64,000 nucleotides of DNA from Vicugna vicugna (lineage: Eukaryota), in contig MU058658.1 of the NCBI GenBank assembly GCA_013265495.1, forward strand, positions 1-64,000, read 5' to 3'. Position 1 is the stretch's first letter; every line of letters starts with the position of its first letter. Below are positions 38,328 through 50,099 of this stretch, piece by piece. The translations under genes were made by a program, and so were the position numbers. The notes beneath the pieces are model-generated. The model was not told the DNA's origin. It ran no database searches and saw only the letters and a list, made by a program, of their open reading frames with translations.

Positions 38328-38928
38328 ACCCTCGGCCCGCCCGGCTCACAGGCGGCACTTGGCAAACGCTTGCTGAGAGGAGCAGTGCGTGTCTTTCAGG
38401 CGTTTCCCATGCCCGGGGCCATCTGGGCCGACGCAGGGAGGCCGGGGACTCGGGATGAGCGGCCGCAGGTGCGGGGACAGCGCTTTTCCCACGTCTTCCC
38501 CGTCCGTCCGTGGGGATTTGCTGGCCAAACCGGGACGTGAAAAACCTCGGAACTAAGCAGTTTCAGCCTTGACTAGGTGCCAGGCAGCTGTTTAAGACCA
38601 CGTGGACGTGTTCAGTTCGTTCCCACAGCAGCCACGCTGTGTCCCGGGCAGCTGGAGGGGAAGATTCTGGAGCTCGCGGGCGGGGAAGCGCCGTGACCAG
38701 CAGCACCGGCCGGGATCTTTCAGCCTGCCCCGAGGGCTGAGCCCGCGCGAAACACTCGCGCGCCCACGCGGACAGGATGAAAGCAGTGAGGGGGCGGGAG
38801 GAAAACGGGGCAGGACGGACGCGTTTGTGGACTCGGCGGCGGTGCTGGGTTCCTGGGTGTCTACCCACCCCCAAAATCAACCCGGTGGGTTAAATATGGA
38901 CGGCCTCTACCTGTCGAGAGAAGGAGGG

Positions 38929-39091
38929 AGAGGGAGGGCACAGCCCAGTGGCAGAGCGCATGCTCGGCAGCGCGAGGCCCTGGGCTCATCCCCGCGCCTC
39001 CTCTAAGAGTAAATAAATAAGCCTAATTACCTCCTCCCCGCCAAAAAAAAAAAAAAAAACCCAATAAAATAAAATTAATAAAGAAAAGAAA
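38929..39091 (+). mobile_element. Vic-1-like SINE (CpG-rich copy)
   Basis: tRNA-Ala-like head, A tail. Confidence 0.75.
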
Positions 39092-40399
39092 CAGGCGACA
39101 GAGCAGGCAAATCTCCCGCGTCGTGCGTCACCTGCCGCCTCCGCCCACGCGGCCCCACCTCTCCGAGCCTCTTTCAGCCTCGGATGCAGACAAGGATGCC
39201 CAGTGTCCCTTCTTACCGGGTTGTCGGAGACAGACAACGAGTTCCCAGGCGAGGAGCTGCTTGGAATCGCGACCCGTGTTCTGAATGGCGTCCATTCAGA
39301 AAGCTCTTAGCTCCCCACGTTGAAACGAACCTTCACGCCTGCTTTCAGAAGAGCTGCCTGAACCCGGGACCGTCCTGCCTCCCGCTGCCTTCCTTCCCTG
39401 ACCCTTCCCCCCGCTGCCCAGCCCCTCCTGCCCCGAGAGGGAGTCCGGCCAGACTTCGCAAGGCACGAAGACCCTTCTTCCTCCCAAGGCAGCCTTCCCA
39501 GCGCCGCCTGGCCCAGACCAGAGGCGCAGGGACTTCTGCTCGGTGCGGACTGAGGTTCTTGGGACTGAATCTCCTTCTTGGAGAGCTGAGATTCAGTGTG
39601 ATGGGGACGGGTCTAACTCCTTCCCACACTGGTCTATCAGCAGGCTTCAGACGTGGCGCAGAGTGGTGTTCTGCGCCTTCAGTCGGTCGGTGGGACCGGC
39701 TCTCGGGGGAGCGGAAGAGGACGGCTCTGTCTGTTGGTTCTTTGCTATCTTCACCAGGTTTAGTTCAAGTTCTACCACGAAGTACCCCAAATAAATATTA
39801 TTTGAAGGAAAGGATGGGTGGTGAATAAATGAGGGTGTGGAAAGCTAGCTGCCTCTCCTACCAGTCTGTTGGCGGGCCTGGATGGGACTGTTCTTTTTTT
39901 CTTTTTCTTTTTATTGTTGAATTACCATCAGTTACACTGTGTCAGTTTCTGGTGTAGAGCACAATGTCCCAGTCATGTGTGTGTGTGTACACATACACAA
40001 TACACACGCATACCTATGCATACATATATTCATTTTCGTATTCTGGGACTCTCTTTGAGCACCTTTCATTCCCCGTGCTCAGAGCACAGTCCGGCGATAG
40101 ACAGTAGAGGGGCTTGGGGCCTGCGGCTCAGTCCGTATTTCTGACCAGTCAATAGTCTGGAAACACGAAGTGCTGGCGCATTGCAGAGAAGACACTTAGA
40201 GTTTCCAGCCACGTCCACGGAGGCTCCTGACGCCAGTTTCCCCCTCTGCAGACACGCTGCGGATGGTGACGCATTCCAACAGGCACGAAATGTGATCACG
40301 ACCCTCTGAGGCAAAGACCCTGCCGGACAGACCAGGCCCTCCCCAGCCGGGCTGGTCTGACGCCCATCCCTCTCCTCACTTGGCCCCTCACAGGGGTGC

Positions 40400-40518
40400 C
40401 CACCTTCCCCCTAAGGATGCAGGAGCTCAGATTGTTGCCATGGAAACCCCAGCCCAGTCGGGGAGGCGAGGGGCTGAGGACCGTGAGGACAGAGCCGCAG
40501 AGAGGAATTTTCCAGGCT
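40400..40518 (-). promoter_or_regulatory. X-box module copy 10
   Basis: GTTGCCATGGAAAC 40434-40447; 56-nt spacer; GGAATTTTCCAGGCT from 40504. Confidence 0.8.
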
Positions 40519-40729
40519 TTGCAGTCAGCTTGTGGGTTCTGTCCTCCGACCTGACCTGCATCTCCACTGACCCCAGCTTTCGCTCAGGGCTCATCACCCC
40601 TTTTCCTGTCTCTTTGGCTGTCTAGAGTTCCGGTCTCCCCTGGAAATACTCCCCCCGCTTTTGTATTCCTTAGGCAAAATACCCCTGGATGATTCCACCT
40701 CCCAGTCCCCCAGTCCCCCCTCAGTTTTC

Positions 40730-41370
40730 CCCCACTTTTATTGTGGTTAAAACACACACACTCACACATACACACACACAAAACAAACTTTATGCTCCTA
40801 AGGATATTTTTAAGTGCACAGGACAGTGCTGATAAATACATTCCTGTTGTGCAACCATCACCACTGTCCATGTCCAGAACTCTTTTCACCTTGTAGAACT
40901 GATATTCTGCACCCATTGAATAGTAAGTCCCCATTCCCCCTCTCTCAGCCCCGGGAACCACCACCCTACTTTCTGTCTCTGTGGGTGTGACCACGTTCGG
41001 TGCCTCATATAAGCGGAATCGTACAGCAGTCGCTAGTCTTTTGTGACAGATTTATTTCACTGAGCATAATGTTCTCAAGCTTCATCTATGTGGCAGCAGG
41101 TGTCAGAGCTTCCTTCCCTCTTCAGGCTGAATAACACTCTGCTGTATGTGTACACCTCCCTTTGTATATCCATTCATTCATCAGCAGGCACTTGGGGGGC
41201 GTTCATCTTTTAGCCATTGTAACTAAGGCTGCTGTGAACGTGGGGGCACGGATATCATTTTGAGACCTGCCTTTTAATTCCTTTGGGAATATGCCCAGAA
41301 GTGGAATCACTGCATCAAGTGGTACTTCTGCTCTTAATTGTTTTAGGGATGACCATGCTGTTTTCCCCGT
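40730..41370 (-). mobile_element. Old L1M 3' region
   Basis: L1MB-like antisense 3' motifs. Confidence 0.75.
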
Positions 41371-41637
41371 GCCTTGTCCTCCCCAGGCCCCCAATTTTAA
41401 TCACAATAAACATCTTGACTGGGGTGGGTTCCAGCTCTGCCATTTATCATAGGAGTACCTTTGGGAACTTTACCATGGGACTGGCACTGTTCCCATGGTT
41501 CCTAATATTGAAGCACAATAATCATAGAAATTACATGTTATTCCCAGTTGAATCAACACTACAATAGCACTTACGCTATGCCTTTCAGTCCTCTGAATTC
41601 TTGCTTCAGGAAGGCTCATTTGAGATATGTTCCTATG

Positions 41638-41756
41638 TGGGGGGGGGGGGTATTAGGTTTATTTAATTTACTTTTTAATGGAGGTACTGAGGATTGGACC
41701 CAGGACCTCATGCGTGCTAAACACACACTCTACCACGGAGCCATACCTTCCTCCCC
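41638..41756 (-). mobile_element. Vic-1-like SINE
   Basis: tRNA-Ala-like head. Confidence 0.8.
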
Positions 41757-43849
41757 AACACATGTTCCTATATTATCCCAGTCGTATACGTAAGGATGTT
41801 CTGGGGGTGCACACAGCTAGTGAGCAAGCAAAGCCAGGATTCGAACCCAGGCAGCCAGAGCTTGGCTTCCGGGCTCTCCCCCCCCCAACCCCGCCCCAGG
41901 GCTGTGCCTTTGCTTGGTGGCTTTCTAACTCCTCCAATGCTCTGATTCCATTTTCCTCACCTGTTTCAGTAGCAAGATTTTCAACACAGAGCCACCAAGG
42001 AGGCTCAACTAGTTATTGACAAATTATATGCTACAGCATCGATGTGGTGTATAGATTATAAAGCATTCACAAGAAATAGATCATTTCAAAGGGTAAAAGT
42101 AAAAAAAGAAAAAAGACAACATCCTAAACCTTTTCCCACAATGCCCTACTTTGGACACCACTGGTCTGGCCAGAGAGGAAAGTGGTTTAGAATAGGGTGG
42201 TGGCTCTGGAGATTGGGAAATCGGGGAGAAGTGGCCCAAGTGAAGCTATGTCATGGGGATTCTTGACCTGTTGCTGGTAGGCTGGACAGACATTTTGGTC
42301 AGTTCTGAACTTGCACCATTCATGCTGAGTGTCATCCAAGGGGGACATCCTGTTGATAGTTGGATGTCTGTTTCTGGAGCTCCTGAGGGAGGTCTGGGCT
42401 GGTGATGGAGATTTGGATAGCCTGTCAATGCAGAGTCAGATCACAGGGTTGTACACTACACGACTCCAGGGGGCACCATCCATGTAGATATCACAATGAG
42501 TAGAAATCTCATTACTGTCACCAAGGGAGAGTGGGGCCAGAGAGAGAGAGAGAGAAGCATTCACACCCCTACTAACTGATCAGAAAGATGCGAATTGATA
42601 ATGAAAATATTACCCACCCCCACACAAGTGTGTGCACACCAAGGGGAGGCCATATTTCAATCATCCTTATTCACTCACTCTTGCTTTACTTCCAAATGTT
42701 TGTATTTGTGCACATATGCCCCCAAAGTCATGACCTTCACAGATGAGTGGTGTAGACAGACAGCAAAGGAGACTTCTAGAATTCAGAACAGACCCTTGGA
42801 GAAGAAAAAAAGTGTCTTTTTTACTTGTAGCGTCCACTCAACCAAGCATTTATTCATCTAAATATCTGTCCATCCATCCTTCCATCCACTGATCAGACCT
42901 TACAATCATCCAGCCATTAATCCATCCATCAGTCTATCCAGTTGTTCATTTATTCTAACCAACATCCATCTATCCATCCATATAACCATCATCCATCCAT
43001 CCAACAAAGAAAGGAGATACATCTTTAAGAAACAAAAATGTGAACACTTTAATGATACATTTGGTTAAGTGTTTTCACTAAATGGAAGCTGAAAGGCACT
43101 GTGTCACTCTTCCCAGCTCCCTGTCCAAAGTTTGAATCCACCTCCATCCTCTTTCTTACTTATTCACTCCTCAGCAGACACCCTGGCCTCCTTCTTGGTC
43201 TTCAAGCATGACAAACACGCACCAGCTTCAGATGTTTCTAGGTGCTGTTCTCTCTGCCCAGAATGGTTATTTCCCTAACAACCCAAAGGCACGTGGCCTC
43301 GCTTCATTCAGATCTGCTCAGATGCCACCACCTTCAGGAAGACCTCCCTGACCAGCTACAAGGTCCTCTCCTTCACTCTCCGTCCTCTCATCCTGCTTGC
43401 ACTCTGTAGAGCTCGCCACCATCTGTGATTTAAGTTACGCTTATTGAGGGGTGATCTGGCACAGATGGAAGAGCCAGCCGTAAGGGGCGGGGGAGGATTC
43501 GCCTCGGTTTCTGCTTGTACTGTGTTTAAGTCGGTGCTGGCCCGTAGGGGGACCTCAGTAAATATCTGCGGAGGAAACACAACTTGGGGGGTGAGGGAAG
43601 GATGAATGGTCTACCAGCGGTCAGAAGCTGGGCCTCGTTTCCCACTGTTGCATTCTCCAGGTCTAGAGTTAAGCAGATAGAACAGGAAGGCGCTCAACGA
43701 ATACACGCAGGTGTGCAGACCTAACCGGCTAAGTCCGCGCGCAGTGCAGACACGCACTGAATACAGGTGGAGACGCAAACTGCTGCGTCACTGCTGCCGA
43801 GGAGGGACCCGCGTTTCCCTCAGAGTCGGCGGAGGCTCCAGCAGCCGGT

Positions 43850-43884
43850 TTTTGTTTTTGCTTTTGCTTTTGTTTTCCTTTTAT

Positions 43885-43922
<38 letters not shown>

Positions 43923-44062
43923 TTCCTTCCTTCCTTCCTTCCTTCCTTCCTTCCTTTCTTTCTTTCTTTCTTCCTTTCTTTCTTCCTTTCTTTCTTCCTT
44001 TCTTCCTTTCTTTCTTCCTTTCTTTCTTTCTTTCTTTCTTTTCTTTCTTTCTTCTTTTTTCC
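43850..44062. repeat. (TTTC)n/(TTCC)n compound microsatellite
   Basis: Direct reading. Confidence 0.95.
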
Positions 44063-44237
44063 ATCCTGCAAAGATGGTACCACTGACGCATCTCAACAAG
44101 CGCAAGATGTGCAGGCGCAGCGCTGCCGTGGGCACTGCACCGGCGGCCCGGCCTCCCGGCTGGTGCGAGTCTGACGGGCGCCCCTCTGCTCCAGTCCCCG
44201 CGCAGGAGCCCCCCCCCGCGTCCGCCGTGACGCAGGT

Positions 44238-44342
44238 GGGCTCAAGCTGTTGCCATGGAAACCGGAGCCGCAGCGTGGAGAGGGGTGATGAGGGGCTGGC
44301 GAAGGGGCAGAGCGAGCCCACTGGGGGTGGAGAATGTCTCCG
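44238..44342 (-). promoter_or_regulatory. X-box module copy 11, within CpG island
   Basis: GGGCTCAAGCT then GTTGCCATGGAAAC 44249-44262; purine tract; palindrome degenerate. Confidence 0.72.
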
Positions 44343-44743
44343 CCTCTGCGGGGAGTGTGTGCGTGTGGAACCCACACCCCAGCCTGGCACACAGCAGGCC
44401 CTCAGTGCACGTTGGAAAGGCCGGTGTCTGCGCCCCCAGAAGCCCCAGGGACGCCATCCGTCTATTGAACCTGTTCTCTTTTGGCCCCTGTTTCTGGCAG
44501 GCATTGGTATCCCAGGTCTTTTGATCTCGGGATGGTGGGATCCGCTTACTCCTCTCTCTAACCAAGTCCGTGCCAGGACCTAAAGTAGGGGCACCAGCTC
44601 TCGGGAAGGAGCTAGGCTGCGCCCCGCGGCCCTGCACTGTGGGCGCGTCACCTGGGCGCAGCCCCGCCACAGCACGGCAGCCACAAAGGGCCTGACCCCT
44701 AGGGGTGACTGAGGAAGGACCCCGCCTAGGGGTGACTGAGGAA

Positions 44744-46053
44744 GGTCTGGCACAGGCGACTGAGCTCAGCAGGGGTAAAGGAGACAGTGAGTCAGGCTGG
44801 GGAGGAGGCTGCTCCAGGCGGCGGGAACAGCCAGTGCATAGCAAGAGCAAGCTTCCGCCTTTGTAGGATCACAGGGGAGCAGTGTGGGAGAGCGGCGTGG
44901 GGGGCGGTGACCGAAGACCTGGCGACCAGGCCCCCCTTAGGGGTCCCTGTCTGGGAGGTGAATGCTCTGAGGTCACTGTGGTGAAATTCTTAAGTTTGTC
45001 TTTGAAGTTTTGCTTTGGAAGCGAAGTCCAACGGGACTGAGGGCTGAGAGTCTTGCCCCTACTTTCTCCTGCCTCCCTGGGGCAGGTTCTGAGCAATTCA
45101 CATCCCTCCCCTCCCAGGAACCCTTGCTGCCCTCTGCCCCCCAGGAGAGGGTTTCTGGGCACGGGCCTGGGGAGGGTTAGGGTCAGGTGTGGCCCCAGCA
45201 CCCGTGAGGGGCTGCACTCCCCCCTACCAGTATCCGCGTGTGCCTGAGGGGGCGTGACACTGAACAGCAAATAGAAAACCCCACTGACGAGGGGAGGGGT
45301 GGGGGTGCGGCTCAGTGGTGGAGCACGTGCTTGGCCTGCATGAGGCCTGGGGTTCCAGGCCCAGTGCCCATTAAGGGGAACAAAAAACTCCATTAACAGG
45401 TTGAGGGTAAGACTGCAGAAAAAAGGAAGGAGCCCCTTCTTGCTTTTTTGAACCAGAGTCTGGATTTTCATTTTGCACTGGACCCTGCAGATGCCGCAGC
45501 TGGTCCTGGCTGGAGGGGTCAGCCCAGGCCGGATGGCTGACACCCCGGCTCGGCCGTGGGAGCGGGGAGCATCTCATGGAGCGAACAGTGAAACAGGGTG
45601 GTGGTGCTACTTAAGACACTGGATTTGCTCTCAGGGGACAGGAGGCCTTGAGGGGGATGGAGGGAGGGAAGAGACCTGTTAGGAGGTGTTGGGGGCTGGA
45701 CCCAGGCGGGTGGCGGAGAGGAGGGCAAGCTGGGGACTCAGAGGGACAGGTTAGCAGTGGAAATGGTCATGAAGAGACAGGAGTGAGAGGCCTTCCTGGC
45801 TGCAACTCCTGCTGCCTGAGGAGAAGCAGGTGTGGAGTCTGACCTTGGCCCCAGGACGTCCTGAGCCCCGCTTCCTGCCTCCCCAAAGCAGCCCCGCTGG
45901 AGTGAGCCCCAGTCATGCTCTCAGCGCCCAGCTGGAGGCCCCACCACGGACACAGCCTCCAGCCAGGGAAGAGGGTGGGTGTCTTTGCAACCACAAGCCA
46001 CCTTCAGAGATCTGCAGGTGCCCACGTGTAAACCACGTTTCTGCTTTAAGCAC
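44744..46053 (+). repeat. Inverted duplication, left arm (~1.3 kb)
   Basis: Reverse complement of 55415-56649; identical ORF translations on opposite strands. Confidence 0.95.
45295..45388 (+). mobile_element. Vic-1-like SINE inside left duplication arm
   Basis: GGCTCAGTGGTGGAGCACGTGCTTGGCCTGCATGAGGCCTGGGGTTCC. Confidence 0.7.
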
Positions 46054-46059
46054 TCGCTG

Positions 46060-46410
46060 TTTGTGTGGCTGTGGGTTCACTCGGTGTTTGCACACTTTGT
46101 GGGTTTTGACAAATGTATAAGGACATGTATCCATCGTTTGGCATCATTCAGAGTATTTTCCTGCCCTAAAAGTCCTCCGCCCTCCCCTGCTCACCCCCCT
46201 CCTCCCCAGCCCTGGCCACCACTAATCTTTTTTCTGTCTCCATAGTTCAGCCTCAGCCAGAATGTCACAGAGTTGGAATCTTACAGCATGGAGCCCTTCA
46301 GATTGGCTTCTATCACTGAGGGATGTGCATTTAAGGTTCTGCCATGTCTTTGCATGATTTGATGGCTCATTTTTTTAGTGCTGAATAATATGCCGTAGTT
46401 TGGATGTGAA
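46060..46410 (-). mobile_element. Old L1MC-like remnant
   Basis: GGGTTTTGACAAATGTATAAGGACATGTATCCA. Confidence 0.65.
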
Positions 46411-46771
46411 TGAATTTGGGGGTGAAGGTGCCTCTCCTAACAGTCCCCAGACTCCAGAAAGGGGCACAGCTGGGGCCTTTCCTGCGCTGCATTTTATTTA
46501 CACGTCTAGAGCAGATCCTGGCACAGAAGAGAGGCCCCAGCAGTGTTTCTGACCGTGTACAGGGAGGAATGCTGGTTCTCAGAGGACAGTTGGGATTCTG
46601 GCCACATCTGCAGAGGCCCCGTTTTTCCTGCTGCAGAGAGACCAGCCCCTGTCGCATTACAACGTGTGCAAAATATGCTATGAACCAGAGATGTCCAGAC
46701 AGTGCCGAGGGGACCTTGCTCTCCCCAGCCAGGCTGTTCTGAGGTCCGTCCTTCCGCCCCATCCTCGCACT

Positions 46772-46867
46772 GAGGCCACCGCATTGCCATGGAAACTGTG
46801 GCTGGAGTGGGGGAGGGGAAAGGCTATGGGCAGGAGGCAGGGCCCAGAGATCCTGGGAAACTCCAGT
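46772..46867 (-). promoter_or_regulatory. X-box module copy 12
   Basis: ATTGCCATGGAAAC 46783-46796; 58-nt spacer; GGGAAACTCC 46855-46864 fits NF-kB consensus GGGRNWYYCC. Confidence 0.75.
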
Positions 46868-47644
46868 CGGCCCGGGTGGGGGGCTTAAAATCAGCAGACC
46901 CTTCACTTGCAGACTTAATGACTGTGCCTCCAAAAATGACCCTGAGGAATCTCTAGCACACAGTGTCATCTGAACCAAGAGAATTTGCTTCCATTTGGGG
47001 ACAGAAATTTGTAAGATTTTACTTACTCATCCTAGAAGCATCCTTATTTCTATTTGTTAGAAGGAATCTGTAGGTGGAAGTCAGACAGCACCTGAACATG
47101 ATACACTCTGTTTGTTTGTCTGGAGCAGGATTCTGAGCCAGGAGCTCTCGTGCAGGTTTTACAGGCATGTCCATAGCAAATCCTCAGAGCAACCTTATGG
47201 GCATTACTATTATTCTCATTTGCTAGTGAGCAAGTGGTAGCCCAGAGAGTTTAGGACACATTTGGACTGGACGGAGCCGGCCATGGGAAGAAGTTCAGGG
47301 GAGACCATTCCAGGAAGCAGAGACAGCAAGTGCAAAGGGCCTGGGGCAGATGAACTTTGTTCTCTTGGACGAGCAGGATGAAGTTCAGCAATAAAGGAAG
47401 AGAGTGAGTTCGGGGATCAGGATGAGGTGGGTGGGGTGATCAGCAGGGGCCAAAGGAGGTAGCACCGTGCCTTTCATTCTAGGAGCAGTTGATTAAACCC
47501 GGGGTGATGCTGTCTGAGTGATGGGTTTCAAACACTTCTTTGGCTTCTTTGTGGAAAACAGACTGGAGGTGGTGGCAGCCGTGGCCCCAGGAGTCTTTTT
47601 CTAATTGGTGGGAAGGAACTGTGTGGAGAGCTGCAAATGTGCTA

Positions 47645-47755
47645 ACCACACAGCTAACACGGTCTGGACTCTCGGCAACCTCCCTCAACCCCTCGCTCCT
47701 CCCCTACTCCAGCGGTGGTTTCCATGGCAACAGCCTTGGTCCCACCAGCAGGTGG
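47645..47755 (+). promoter_or_regulatory. X-box module copy 13
   Basis: CCCCTACTCCAGCGGTG-GTTTCCATGGCAAC(47718-47731)-AGCCT parallels copy 1; upstream CACACAGCTAAC..CGGTCTGGA parallels copy 2. Confidence 0.75.
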
Positions 47756-48247
47756 GGTGGGGACTAGGCAGGGAGATGGAGGCTGTTATAACAGCCTGGC
47801 TGCAGAGGTCAAGGCCTGGGGGAAACTCAGGTTGCCTCCCCCTTTCCCCTCACGTGAATTTTGCACACATGAAAAATGCATTCTTGGATGCAATCTTTGT
47901 TAGAGGGACAGAAAGGTGGTTCTGCAGCCCTGTTAGAAATCACAAATCTCCTGCAAGGGTCAGTAACAGAAGCAGACCTCTTCCCACCAGGAATTCATTC
48001 GTTCTTACTCATTAATCCAAGAAACATTGCTTGAGCCTCTGTTGTGTGTGTGGCCCCCTTTGGTGTGGGAAAAACAGCAGTGTACAAAAACAGTGGCGGG
48101 TCCTGCCCGCCTGGAGATGGTGCGTGATGGGAGAGGCATTTGTTCTTCACATACTTTAGTCATTGATTTATTATCCACAAGTTTACTGAGTGGCTACTAG
48201 GCGGTGAGCCCTTTTGAGCGTGGAGAAGGAAGCCAACAGACAGAGCC

Positions 48248-48993
48248 CTGATGAAGTTTCTCCCCCTGGCGAACCCTGGTCAGGCTCCACCAGGTCTCGA
48301 ACTCTGGTCTTCTGCATTTATTTCTGCGTTGTCCAATTCTAGCAAGAATCTTCCGTAAGCTGGTTTAGCCCGAGTCTCCCACCCAGTATGCCTGGTCACC
48401 CCCGATATCTTCTCAGCCCTCAGGGTCCCCCAGTGATGCCTGATCACTCTGGCCTGCCTTCAGCAAGTAGTGGAGAGATGCTGGTCAGAGGTACAAACTT
48501 GTGGTTAGAAGGTGAGTAAGCTCTGGGGAGCTCGTGTACTGCGTGGTGGCTAGAGTAAACAATATTGTATTATATGCTTGAAAGAGATTAGATCTTAAAT
48601 GGCCGCACCACCAAAAGAAGAAGTGGTAATTATGTGACGGGATGGAGGTGGTGGCTAACGTAAGGTGGCAACCACATTGTGATACATCCATGCATCCAGT
48701 CAACACACGCAGATCTTGAACTTATACATTATTACATGTCAATTATATCAGTGAGGCTGGGGAGAAAGTCCCAGAGGTGGGTTTAGCCAGAATCTCCCCT
48801 TATCCTCTGAGGTTTAGTAAGTTTCCATCCACTGACCACCCCACTCTGCAACTTGGCTACAAATCCCCACTTTTCCTTGTATTTGGAATTGAGCCCAATC
48901 TCTCACCACTGTCATGGTCCCTATTTCGATGGTCCTGAATAAAGTCTGCCTTACCATGCTTTAACAAGGCACATAAATCGTTTTTTTCTTACA
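48248..48993 (+). mobile_element. MER31-like ERV1 LTR with inserted L1 3'UTR fragment (~48470-48760)
   Basis: LTR-like termini; AATAAA near 48938. Confidence 0.55.
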
Positions 48994-49299
48994 GTCCCTT
49001 TCTTTACAGACTTTATGGTCATGGGAGACACGTAATAAACAATACATTTCCATTTTTGGAGGATGCTGTGGGCAGTAAAAAGGCCGGGTCCGGAGTAGGG
49101 GGTTGGCAGTGGTGGTATTTGGACATGGATGGGAATTAAGGGCTTGGCAAACAGCAGGAGTCAGGGAAGGATGGGCACTTAGCGCCTCAGGGGATGGGGA
49201 GACACTCCGCCAGACTGTGCAGAGCCCTCTGGCTCCAGTAAGAGCTTTGGGTTTTTGTTAATTCGTCACTAATAAATTGCTAGTGTTGATAACATTGAA

Positions 49300-49675
49300 A
49301 ACACAGGAGAAGGAAAAAAATCTCTTCCTCTACGTGTCTCAGATGCTCCGATGGAGTCCCTAACTTGGAGGAGGGGGCGTGGGAGAAAGGACACTGATGG
49401 GAAAGCTAATTAATGACTCTGGAGAGATACATGGGCCCCCTTCTGGGAATAGATGGAAGGAATGATGTCGGTGAACTGTCCGGGCGTCTGTCTGGGTGTG
49501 GTGCCGACTCCATGTCTCCCAGAAGAGATCAGCTTTGCTCCCAGAAAGGGATTAGCGACACTCAGGGCTCTGCTTTTCGGCAGATAAGGGATTTCAGGAA
49601 CTCAAACGCCTTCAGCTGGGAAGAACTCATGTGCCAAAGTGCCATCTTTTGGGGTGGCGTACCCTGGTCCCCATC
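49300..49675 (-). mobile_element. ERV1-type LTR remnant
   Basis: CAAAGTGCCATCTTTTGGGGTGGCGTACCCTGGTCCCCATCA end. Confidence 0.5.
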
Positions 49676-50099
49676 AATAGGTATTTGAGCCCCTACTATG
49701 TGCCACGCACGGTACCGGGCACTGAAGTTACTCCCGGGCTCCTGGGTCCTTGGCAGAGACAGACTTCCCTTAGGAGAGCTCACTCAAGTGTACGTTTCAA
49801 GAACAAAAGTGCGTTTCTCCAGCACTGTCTTCGTGCTGTGCACTGAGCCCACCGGGGGCAGAGGTTCTCAAAGTGACGCAGGCACAGGTGAGGCGAAGCA
49901 CAGATTCGGGGGGGAAGGAACGTAGTTGCGGACAGAGCTGGGAGGTCTGGGGACCTGTTTTAGATGGTGGCGCCGTCTCCTGAGATGAGGGGCTTCATTG
50001 TGGTCTTGGCTGAGCCAGGCCCTGCAGAGGTCGGCCTCTCTGAGTCCTGGGGAAGGGATGGGGTGGGGGGCGGCCTCTGGAGCTCTTCCGCTGTCTGAT

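Larger units (their letters stand above)
37900..39750. promoter_or_regulatory. CpG island-like region
   Basis: Extended CpG-rich, GC-rich stretch. Confidence 0.7.
43690..44700. promoter_or_regulatory. CpG island-like region interrupted by a microsatellite
   Basis: Dense CpG at 43690-43850 and 44085-44700. Confidence 0.6.

Noticed and set aside
43711..44583. Longest ORFs (290 aa and overlapping frames)
   Set aside because: They read through the (TTTC/TTCC)n microsatellite and GC-rich DNA; low-complexity peptides with no recognisable domain.
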